A stretch of DNA of 64,000 nucleotides, from NCBI GenBank assembly GCA_013265495.1, contig MU058065.1:2705003-2769002 (forward strand), given 5' to 3'. This document shows, in pieces, positions 37,495 through 49,090 of this stretch. The stretch is from Vicugna vicugna. Its lineage: Eukaryota. Made by a program: the position numbers and the translations under genes. The notes under the pieces were generated by a model. It made no database searches, was not told the DNA's origin, and saw only the letters and a program-made list of their open reading frames with translations. Position 1 is the stretch's first letter; the number at the start of each line of letters is the position of its first letter.

Positions 37495-38585
37495 AATAAA
37501 TTTGTAAGTAGAAAAATAATTTTGAAAATTAAGCAACATACTGCTGAATAACTCATGGATAAAATTAGAAATCACAATGAAAATTAGAACATATTTTGAA
37601 CTGACTGATAATGAACATAACTACATAACTAATCTCATAAGATGTAAATAAAGCTTTACTTTATATGGATGTGAAAAGAATAAGGCCTAGAATAAATGCA
37701 TGATCTAAATACCCATCCAAAAAATGAAAAGAAAAATTAAAATATAAATTCCAAGTAAAAGGGAGAAAATAATAAATAACAATGGCAGAATTTATGAAAT
37801 AGGAAATTAGCATATATTAGAGGCTCAGTAGAGCAAAAGTTTGTTTTTGAGAAGATTAATACAATTTATAAACCACAAATAAATCTGATGAAGAGCAAAG
37901 AAAGGGCAAATAATAAAAATCAGTAATAAAAAGATGGACATCACAGAAATCCTAGACATTAGAAATGTAATAAGGGGGTACTCTGAGCAACTTTATGCCA
38001 ATAACATTTAAAATGTAGATGAAGTAGACAAATACCTAGAAAAGCACAGTGTCTAAAACTGGAACAGGAAGAAAGAGAAAATCTGATTTGTCCTGTAGCT
38101 GTTAAAGACATTGACTCTGTAATTAAAACTTTCCCACAACAAAGCACCAAGCCCAGATGGTTTCCCTGATAATTTCTGCAAAACACTTAGAGGAAAAAAA
38201 TAACTCAAACACATCAGGGAATTAAAAATGAGAAGAAATGTTCCTCAACTAATTTTATGAGGTCAGCATAACCTTAATTCCAAAATTTGAAAAGACTTTA
38301 CCAGAAAAGAAAATTAAAAACAAAGATCTTGAATATAGATGCAAAAATTCCAAACAAAGTATTATCAAATAAAATACAATAATATATAAACTCATCACCA
38401 ACTTGGATTAATTTCAGGAGTTTACAGTTGGTTTAATATTTTAAAGTGTATCAATATATTTTACATTATTAAATAAAATAAAAGTAGAAAAACCATGTAG
38501 TCATCTCAATAAAGGCAGAAAAAGTACGTGAAAATTCAACACTGATATATAATTTTAAAAAAATGCATTAAACTGGGGAGGAATT
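37495..38585 (+). mobile_element. Old L1 ORF2 internal fragment
   Basis: caactttatgccaataacattt, aagcaccaagcccagatggttt, attttatgaggtcagcataacctt. Confidence 0.85.
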
Positions 38586-38589
38586 TTTA

Positions 38590-38817
38590 AAAATTATATT
38601 TGGTTTACAATGTTTTGTTAATTTCTGGTGTATAGCACAGTGATTCAGTTATACATACATATGTATTCCTTTTCATATTCTTTTTCATTATAGCCTATTA
38701 CAAGGTACTGAATACAGTTCCCTGTGCTATATAGTAGAACTTTGCTGTTTATCTACTTTATACAGAGTAGCTGGTATCTGAAAATCCCAAACTCCCAGTT
38801 TATTCCTCCAATTCCCC
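38590..38817 (-). mobile_element. Short artiodactyl-type L1 3' end
   Basis: tttacaatgttttgttaatttctggtgtatagcacagtgattcagttata...tacagttccctgtgctat. Confidence 0.85.
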
Positions 38818-38857
38818 TTTTTTAATATGATAAAGAAAACCCAGATAAAAAAATCTA

Positions 38858-40305
38858 TAACACTAACAATGAATTATCTGAAAGGAAACTGAAAAAACAA
38901 TTTTATTTTTAATACCATCAAAAATAGTAAATGCTTAGGAATAAACTTAACAAAGAAGATGAAAGACTTATATACTGAAACTGTAAAACACTGATGAAAG
39001 AAATTAAAGCAGATATTAAAGATAACCCATGGGTGAAAGAATTAATATTGTTGAAATATCCATAGTACCCAAAGCAATCTAGAGATTCAGTGCAATCTTA
39101 CCAAAATTTCACTGGCATTTTTTACAGAAATGGAAAATGTAATGCTAAAATTTATATGGAACCACAAGACCGCAAATAGTCAAAGCAATATTGAGCAAGA
39201 ACAGAGCTGAAGGTATCAAATTTCTGACTTCAAAATATATTACAAAGATTCAATAATCAAAACAACATGATATTGGCATAAAAACAGATGTATAGACCAA
39301 AGAAAGGGAATAGAGAGCTCAGAAATAACCCTATGCATATATGGCCAATTGATCTTTGAGAAGGATGCCAAGAATACACAATAAGGAAGTGTTAGTTTCT
39401 TCAATAAATGGTGTTGGGAAAACTGGATATTCACATGCAAAAAGAATGAAGTTGGACCATCATCTCACTGTATACACAAGAATCAACTCAAAATAAATAC
39501 TGAAACATAATACTTGAAACTTTAAAGCTCCTAGAAGAAAACAAGAAAAAGTCTTCTAGACATTGGTCTTGACAATGATTTCTTGGATATGATACTAAAA
39601 GTAGAGAGAGCCAAAGCAAATATAGACTTCTACACAGAAGGGAAAAACAAAAAACTTCTACATAGTACATAGTAAAGGAAACAATGAACAAAATGAAAAG
39701 GCAATTTATAGCATGGAGGGAAATGTTTGCAAGCTTTATATCTGATAAAGGGTTAATATCCAAAATATATAAGGAATTCCTACAATTAAATAGCAGAAAA
39801 ACAAATAACCCAATTTAAGAATGGACAAAGAAACTGAATAGACATTTCTCCAAAGAAGGCATACAAATAGCCAACAGGTAGATGAAAAGGTGTGTAACAT
39901 CACTCATCATCAAGGAAATCTAAATCAAAACCATGAGATATCACCTCATACCTGTTAGAATGGCTTTATACCAAAAACCAAAAGATAAATATTGGTCAGG
40001 ATGTGAAGAAAAGGGAAACCTTGTTCACTGTTGGTGGGAGTGTAAATTGGTGAAGCCACTGTGGAAAACATATAAAAGTTCCTCAAGAAACTAAAAACAG
40101 AACTACCATATGATCCAGCAATCCTAATGGGTATACATCCACAGGGATTGAAATCAGGATCTTAGAGATATTTATATTCCCATGTACTCTGCAGCATTGT
40201 TCACAGCAGCCAAGACTTGAAAACAACTAGCATGTAAACAACCCAAGTGTCCATCAACAGATGAATGGATAACAAAATGGGGTATATACACACAAGGGAA
40301 TAGTG
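38858..40305 (+). mobile_element. L1MA-type ORF2 3' half and start of 3' UTR
   Basis: tttatatggaaccaca, gacatttctccaaagaag, gaactaccatatgatccagcaatc, cccaagtgtccatcaacagatgaatggata. Confidence 0.92.
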
Positions 40306-40478
40306 TAAGAGAAACAAGAGAGGATGACCTTATGGAATTTGTATGACTAGTAAGTATGTCGTTGAAACTTGAAAAACTCACTTGTTGACCTCCTTTTATT
40401 GTGTATAAAGCTTGAAGAGCTTGTTCAAAGCTGGAAGCTTGAGCACCTGGACACAGGTTGATGGGCAAGAGTTTAAGG

Positions 40479-40625
40479 CAGTAGTTCGCAATGCTGGCTG
40501 CATATTAAAATTATATGGGACATCGTTGTTACAAATTCTGACCAAATTACTTGGTGTGAAGTGATACATAGCATAGGTAGTTTTTAGAAGCTTCCAGGTA
40601 ATTTGAGTATGAAACTGGTCTAAGG
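40479..40625. mobile_element. MER5B-like hAT MITE
   Basis: cagtagttcgcaatgctggctgcatattaaaatta...tttttagaagcttccaggtaatt. Confidence 0.6.
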
Positions 40626-43342
40626 GTGTTCTCCTCTTTGCCTCAATCCTCCTGGGAAGACTTGTAGGGACATGGTGAGAAGCTCTTACTAATAAAATCT
40701 TCTGCCACTTGCCTGCATTCACTGGGTTTCCAGTGCTAATATTTCTATTCCTTAGTTCTGTCAAGAGTCTCTCTATTAATTTAAAAGAGAAGTAAAACCA
40801 TAAAACAAATAACATCAAGATACCTCTGCATTTTTTGATGTTCAGATTTAGTCTGCTTTGGTTTCTCTTACATTGTTTCTCTTGTATTTTATCATCTATC
40901 TTCTGTTTAATTTTCCAAGTTTCTTGATTTGAAACTCTTCATTTTTGTTATTTACCCATTTCATGGTACTTTTAATGTTTTTATATCTTATTTTAAATTC
41001 TTTTATACTCATCTGGTTTCTTATAATCTAGTTTTTAATTTTCTTTTCACAACTCAAAAGTTGATATTTTCATTGTCTTGGGCCTCTTAATTTTTAATGT
41101 CTTTGGTTTAGCTTGCTATCTCCTTTTCCATTTAAGTTTTATTCTCAATCATATTAAGTGTCAATCTTTATTTTTTCTTCCTTTTCAACCTGAATGAATT
41201 CAGGTCTTAGTTTCTTGAATCGTTTAATACATTGATTTTTACTTCCTTTATCAACTTCAATACTTTACTGTTTTATTTTTAATTATTTTATTTCTAAGTT
41301 ACATTTTCCCTTTTAATTTTTAGTTTATAATTTATCCTTATTATCATAGACAATGAGTATAGTCATAGAAAAAAAACCAGCCATTGTACAAGCATACCCT
41401 CTACCCAAGGAAGGACAGCAAACATCTTCACTTCAGCTATCTCTTCATCTCCCCTTTAAAGACTTCCCACCTGGTCCAATGTTGGCTCTGCAAAATATCT
41501 TATTCCTCATTTCTCAGGACACTCATGACAATCCACTTACTCAGGATAACTATGATTCTATCTATCTGATGTGTCAAAAAATACTAGAACAGTGCTTTCC
41601 TTGACATCTTATATTTACCAGTCTTTTCATATGGTACTAAATTTTGGAACCTAGGGTCTCAATATATGAAACTATTTAACTTAGGAGAAGGTATGCAGCC
41701 CAACAGGAGGTGGAAGGGGCAGCAGTTTGATTACATGCCAGTAGGAAACCTAAGGCAAAGTCTCTGTCCTGGCTTTCATGAAGATTCCCTGCTGGTACAT
41801 TTCCTTAAGAGAAGAACAATATCAGGTTCCTAGTCTCTGTTCTGCAATCACGTGTCATAACTACATATCTTACTTAGTTATTATCTTCTCTGTATAGAAC
41901 TGTAAGAGAAGATTTCTGGTTTGTGAGTTTTTTCTTTGCCATCCTCTAATACTGATGTGATGAGAATGCTGGTCAGATCTGAGGTCATTGCCAGCAGGGT
42001 GTGGTTTTAAATAGATCCAGCTGCACTGCAAAGTAATTCTTCCATTCCATTTTCTTCCTAGTGGAGATTCTATAACTGATTAGACTGCTGGAGTCCAGGA
42101 AGGAGGGAGTAATCACCCTAGCTTTTGGACCTGGGTCTTTTCCTTTTTCGGAAAACATCTCAAAACTTAGGGAAGTGGCTGAGATGACCTTTCCTATTTG
42201 TTTTTCATCTTCCCAAGAGGGGAAAATGGTATTTGGGAAACATTAAAGTCTTTAAAGGTAGACTTGGTCATTCTTCAGGATCTGAGCCGTTATATCATGT
42301 GTCGTGGGATCCTTATTGCTAATGATATGTTGCTTTAGTTCAAGAGTTATGTTACATTCAAGAACACACAGCCCAGCAACCAAAAAAAAATTTAAAGTAA
42401 TGAAATCCTTTACTCACATTTCATATGAACCACAAACAATAAAGAGATGGTAGTACTAGTCTAGCAATAATGACTTTTTGGGCAAGCTGAAAGACATAGG
42501 GAAGAGAAGTTGTGAACACTCAAAAATGAGTTGTTACATTTAGGTATTGTTCACACTTTGGTGTGAGTGTACACTCACATGTACTTACCAATATAGAACA
42601 AACTCTCTCCCATTAAAGGGACATAAAAAAAGCTGTGACAAGACAAAAACAACTTAATGGAAAATCTCCCATTGCATGTATTACTAAGAAAAATGTGGTG
42701 GCAAATGGAAGCATGTCCAGAGGAAAAATCTGGAAGGAATTAAACTTATTTCCCTAAATGTCAGGCTAATATCATAATCCATGGGTAAGGTGAATATTTT
42801 GGCTTAGCTAGAAAGTGATTATTTTCTCCAGACTTTAATCCTTGCTTTAATGGTTGGCAGTTGTTAGTATTGATGTTGCGAAGGAGTGGAGGGGAATGAG
42901 ATATCGAAGTCAGTTTTTTACTCTACTGGTAGAGTTCCTGTCTGAGGAAAATTTTAAACTTGGAATAGTAAGGAAAAAAAGTCCCTCTTTTATCCACAGG
43001 TTGTTGTAAAATAAAGTTATTTTCATGCATTCCATGTTTGGGTAAATGTGGAAGTCACCTGGTTGATAAGAACCATAGCTCATATAAAATCTATGCCAGG
43101 TGAAAAACATTTGCAAATCAAAATCCCAAAATCCAAATAGGAAATTTCCCAATCAAAATCCTATTGTAAACTCACTATTGGATACTGAAACTCAATCAAG
43201 AATAATTATTGTGGAAGAATATGTCTTGACTATCAGAACTAGTAATAAGACAAATTCTGGGATGTGTTTATCCATTTATGAATCTAGAGAGTGGAGTTTA
43301 AGATTACCTAATGAGAAATCTGTCAAGAATATCATAATAGTG

Positions 43343-43600
43343 CAGAGATTCCCAAACTTTCTGAGTCCACCATGTCCTTAGCATCTCTGTAATTCTTTCA
43401 TGGTGTTCTTGGGTCAAAAGAACCAATACTTAACACTTACATTTATAAAGCAATTGAGTTCAGACAACTTGATAATAGCTGTCCAACGGCATCTGACAGA
43501 TGTTTCTGTGTTTCCCTTGAAAATGTAAAAAATCCTGCAGCATCCCAGTGTGTTTAGTGCAGAACAGTTCACCTCCCTGACACAGATCTGGGAATTGCAA
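43343..43600. mobile_element. hAT-Charlie MITE (MER112/MER119-like)
   Basis: Ends cagagattcccaaactttct...cacagatctgggaattgc; internal ctgacagatgtttctgtgtttcccttgaaaat. Confidence 0.65.
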
Positions 43601-43869
43601 TGATAATGTTTACACTATTTACTGCTCTTTTCTTGGCTTTGTGAAAAACAGGTGAGTATGATCAATTATAGTCACTTAATGGATAATAGTTTATAGAAAT
43701 TTCTTCTTAAACCCACCCCAAGGACCAAGGTGCATCACAACATCGAACAGTACAAAGTACAAATGATGACTCTGATCCTTCTTCTATCCTATTGACAAAA
43801 TATTTTTAAGTGCCTTACTCTCATCCTCTTCTCCCCCATCTCAGGAAACAACCTATTGACGACTGTCGT

Positions 43870-44230
43870 GCTCTTTCTCCTATGTTCTTAACCTTGGTGA
43901 ATGACACCATCATCCATCTTTGAAGCCAGAAACCATGTGGTTATCATGTTTTCCCTTCTCTGACATGTTCTACACTGGGGCAAGTCTTGTTGATTCGCCT
44001 TTCTTTAAGATGCTCATATCCATTCTTTCCTTTTCACCCTTAGTTCATCCCCATACAGACTGATGTAAAAGTTTCCAGTTTTGGTGCCTTCCTACAGCCA
44101 ATGTTATCTCTCTACAAAACCATTTTATAAAAAGTGCTAGAGTGAATCTTTTTAAAGACACAAGTCTTGATTATTTCTCTCATTCTTTTGCTTAAAAGCC
44201 CTTCAATAACTCCTTGCTCTCTCTCATGCT
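43870..44230 (+). mobile_element. L2 fragment
   Basis: gtgaatgacaccatcatccat...agccagaaacc...gcttaaaagcccttcaataactcc. Confidence 0.65.
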
Positions 44231-44443
44231 TCCCAGGAGGAATAGGCAGCTGAAAGTAGCCATGAATATTGACTAGAAAAAATAATGGGAAATTCAATAG
44301 GAAATTCTTATCCTGGGAATTAGGATGTATTGGAACAGCCTTACAATGATGCTTCACCCCTGGACAATAGGAATCTCACTCAAGTTCTGTAATTAGATTA
44401 TGTCTGTTTTTCTCTTGAACCATCCAAGAAGATAAAATTTTCA

Positions 44444-44555
44444 ATTCACTGAGCATTTACTGAGCACTCGTGCTTTGGCAGGCACTCTGCTAAGTGCTGC
44501 TAACACCAATCTACGAGGCCACTCCTGCCTTCAAGGAAGTCACATATTCTAGTCA
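44444..44555 (-). mobile_element. L2 3' end
   Basis: gcatttactgagcact...caggcactctgctaagtgctg...cctgccttcaaggaa. Confidence 0.75.
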
Positions 44556-47500
44556 AACCAACCTCAGCCTAGTAGTAGTCGGCAAGGACAATCAGCACAA
44601 AGAGTAAACTCTTTGAGAAATGCTGAAGTTAGTTCCAGAAAGCTCAAAAGCATTTTATCACCCATGAAAAAAGCGTTTAACATTTCCTTTAGAAACAGAA
44701 GTTTATTTGTACTTTTTGAAATGAATAGTTGGAGAAAGAATATCCATTTGTAGTTCTATTTTTATAAGCAAAACTCAAATGCAGGTTGACAAAGATTGTT
44801 AACTTCCTTAACTCAGTTATCTATGCCCTTGCTAGAACTTTTCTTTTCAAGTCACAAAAGTCACACATATTCCAGGTCTCACAGCACCTAGGAAGAAATC
44901 ATGTAAAATATAGCCGTGAAAACTAAAACTGAAAAATCACATACACAACGTCTATCCCAGCTTCCAATGTTTATTCTTTACACCACCCACTTCGGTCTAA
45001 ACATTGATTGTGGTAACAGTAATTCACACCATTGTCTCAGTAGAATTGGATTTCGAGGGTCTGTGTAATTCGACAAGTAGGAGGAAGGATTTCACACACT
45101 TTTTTCCTTACCCTTCTATAATTACTGATAATTCATAGTGTGTGATCCATTGTCATGGGCTGAGCTGTCTCCTCTTGCGGTTCCCCCACTTTCAGACATG
45201 AATGTGAGTTTTTCATTTTCTTCCATTTAAGGTAAAACCCTGCAGAAAATGAGAATCACGGGTTCCTGGCTTGAGATAGATGAAAGAAGAGAAGAGTAAG
45301 GAGTCACACTGGGAAGAGCTAAAGGGCAGATTATCGCCAAGGGGGAAAGGGGGGAACCAAAGGCCAGAATTTTCTGCCTCATGAGAGGGAATTGTTTCTG
45401 AGGGTCTCGTTTCCACCTGCATTAAAATTCTGACTTATCTACAGTATTTCAGGCTTTGACTCAGCAAGAGTTTATATTCTCATAAATAACTGAAATAGAA
45501 GTAGAGATATTGATTCTAGCTTCATATCATGAAGTAGAAAAAAAATCAGTAAGAGTATCAAGTACAAGATCTCTAAAATATTCATTGTTAACAGACCAAA
45601 GGGAAGAAGCTGCGATAACCATAGCAACACTGAACCATACAAGCCATAAATTCTGTAAAATAGATAAACCAGCAGCAGCAGATTACAGTACAGAGCAAAA
45701 GGAAAAAAAAAATTATTCTAAATTATGCTCTCAGCCTGAGAGTCTGGTGTCAATTCTTTGTATGTAGTGATTAATTTCAAAAGTAACCAGGTGGAATATC
45801 TATTTTAAGCATTTTTTCCCACAAGGTAAGAACTTTACAATCTGTGTAGTTTAAGAAAGGGACATGTAAATTAGCTACTGAAGATAAATTTGCTTATTTT
45901 CTCAGCTAAATAAAGAGGCTGAAATTAGGAATTAAGAGCTTAGTTTAGTAAATTCATCATCTCAGTGTCCTTCCAGATTGGAGAATGAAGGGACACAAAT
46001 GTTATGGAAAGATTAGAATGAAGGAGAAATTGCAAACATTAAGTTACTTCCATGTGATTTAACTTTATGTTTTCTACGCTTAAGAACGTCTTGCTTACTT
46101 CCCTGTGCCTTTTGTAATCTTTTACTCTCTTTTATTGGCTGAAATTCTACCTCTTGCATGAAACTTTCCCCAATCCACCTACCCATCTGAGGTCACTTCT
46201 CTCTAACCACCAGTAGGACACACAGTCCCTTCTATCCAAGGCAGCATTAATCACACTGTGCTTTGGATCAGAGAGGCCTGCAAAGAAATGGAATTAGGGC
46301 ATTTGATTTCTGGGAATAAAAGGATTCAGAGAAAATTTCAAATCTCCCCCAATCCCACTGCCATGCCTGAATCTCAATTTGGCCTACATTTCTCTCCCTA
46401 AGAAAAATATCTTTTACAGTGGTTGAAACATTCTCCAACACCCTATATCATTGGGGAAATTCTGTATCTTGTATGAAACTAGAAAGTGTCATAGTCTTAT
46501 TAATGATAAGCATAGAGCCAGGGATGACCTTGGTTTGTTCTGGACTATGCACCTGAGGTATTTATCCTGTATATTGATGCTAGACACTGGGGAGGAAGAT
46601 GTGTCTAGTGAGCAGGATCATTGGTACCAAAGTGTTGGCGGCAGCAACCTTGATTGGCTAGAAACAGATCTCCACCTCTCAGGTGGACTTGTGGTCCCTA
46701 GATTATATCAACAAAGCCAAAATCAATGCTTCTTTCTTCCCTTCTGGCAATGGACTTCATTGCCTTTTATGGGATATGGGTCATTATATAATAAGCAGGC
46801 AGAGTTATTGAATTGGAAGGGGAACATAAAGAAAGTTATGATGAGGAGGAAATCTTATCCTACATAAAAATTCTAAGGTTTATAAATCTTGGAGATTTTG
46901 TATACTTCATTACCGTAATCTTGTAACTAGAAGATTACCCCTATCATGTACAGAGTTCCTGTATGATGGCTCCTGTGGTTAACAGCATTTTTTGGCATCT
47001 TATAAATGTTCCTATTGCATATGATACACCTTCCTATTGTGATTGTAAGCTTCAAGGATAGGGATATTATCTCTGTTATTTTAATAAGGTCTTGTCTTTA
47101 GCAGAGTTCAGGAAATATGGTTGTAAGTCCAAGATATTACTAAAGTGATAAAGAATGGGATGATAAATTCTAAGCAAATAAAATTTTAATCTGATCTCCA
47201 AGTCCTCCTTCTCAGTTTTACATTTACTACAATTAAATTTTTGGAAATGTTTAAATTTTGATGTGGAACTATAGATAGGGAATGACCATCATAGTAGAAA
47301 AATGTTATCCTTGACTTCCAGGAGGGCTCTGGCTTTATTATGGGGAATAGGAGATCCCTACATGAAGTTAAACTATGGAATTAGATTGATCACCTGGAAA
47401 GATAAAGTTTAATAGAGAACTTTGTCAAAATCCATGTAATTATGAAGATTAAATACATAAAGTAACTTCATCAGATCATGGAAGAATAGAACTTGATGAT

Positions 47501-47589
47501 GTACTTTCATTAAGTTTGAAAAAATAGAATTTCAGAAAAATAGAGAAATACTACTTTGTAAGGTGGATAATAAATGAAAAGGAGGATTT

Positions 47590-47790
47590 TACATTTGTGA
47601 AATGCTTCATAAAATTTCTTACTTAATTATATAACATCCCTAAGAATGTAGAAATTATTTTTTCCATTTAGGAATGAGACAGTAGAGATTCACAGAGATT
47701 AAAAGACTTGTCTAGGCTGGTAGTGAAGAAAAATTTGGAACCTTGATTTAGTGATTCCAAGTTTAATTTGCTTTGAGACATGAACTGCTA
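47590..47790 (-). mobile_element. MIR SINE
   Basis: ttccatttaggaatgag...cacagagattaaaagacttgtctagg. Confidence 0.6.
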
Positions 47791-48769
47791 CCAAAAACTC
47801 ATTATCCCAAAATGTGGTTCACTCTTACAGCATAATTATGAGCAAAGAAGTTTTGGATAATTTTCTGAAAGATAATTCCCAAATGGATTCTTAAGGAAGT
47901 TTAGGAATACATACACTTAAGATGCCACAGAGGGCAGCCATAATTACCATGAAGTAGCTTTGGTGCTACTGAGAAAAGCTGAGTAGCCTGGCACCACTTG
48001 CCCATCACAGGGTGGCATTTCTAATGTTCTTAGAAAGGATCACAAAAAATGACCTTTAGAACTTTTTCTAGATGAGGTCAAAAAATCACTTCAATATCAA
48101 GTTAGACAAATTCCAAGCATAAGTCTATTTATCAGAAAAAAGGCAGAAGGTGGCAGAATGAGGAAGAACTTGGGAAGGAAGGGCATACAAATAAAGGGAA
48201 CTTCTCTGCTAGATGTCCCTTTGTGTTTGCTCTTTAGGCAACACGGGTGTTATTACTTCTTAGTATCTAGAGTAGTCTTCTAGATTCCCCGTTTCTGCTA
48301 CCGTTTCTGTCGTATGCTCTAGAGCCTCCTGAGGCCACGCAATTTGGAACCACATTATTTCCCACATTTCTAATTTATCTTTAGTGTTTCCTTTTTGAAA
48401 GCTTCTAATCATTGTCTTCCAAAGCCTTCATTTTTGTTATATTTGGAAAACCCTGACAGATGGTATTATAAAACCTACTGTAATGCAGTCAATAGTTGCT
48501 CCATTATTTACTCTACACTCACAATACTGCATTAGTGGTTCCCTTCTTGTTCAGAGCTAACCTGCACCCCCAGCTGCTGCTCATGGAACATGCTAGTCGG
48601 AAATAACCTCAGGTTTACTCAGCTTGGAGCCTGGAGGAGCCCCAAGGGCTCCTGAATCAGCCCCAGGATGGAGCCCGCCTCCCACAGGGTCCCAAAAGAA
48701 TAATATCTCCTAGTCATGAGCCACTTAGGGTCAGAAAATGCCATAGCTCATTTAGTGCTATTTTCTGTT

Positions 48770-49090
48770 GAATTTTTTTATTATAGAAGTAATGTATATT
48801 CATGAGAACATTTTGGAAATACTAAAAATGAAAATAGGAATAAAATTAAAACCATGCATAATCTCACCATCTCTAGAGACTATCACTGAGAGTGGATTGG
48901 TGGATGTTTATCTGTATTTTTATTCCATATAATATGTAGGGTTTTTTTCAGAATTAAAATTCAGCTCACATATCATTCAATAGTGTTCTTCTACAACTTG
49001 CATTTTAGTGGTATATAATATTGCATTAAATAGAAAATGCACATAGTTCATTTGTAACCAAGCCACCTAGTGTAAGACATTTGGCTGGTA
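48770..49090 (-). mobile_element. Old L1ME 3' end
   Basis: tttattatagaagtaatgtatattcat...cataatctcacc is an antisense L1ME4-like end. Confidence 0.55.

Noticed and set aside
31225..40305. Intact, active L1
   Set aside because: No 5' UTR, many stops and frameshifts, and a mosaic of separate elements.
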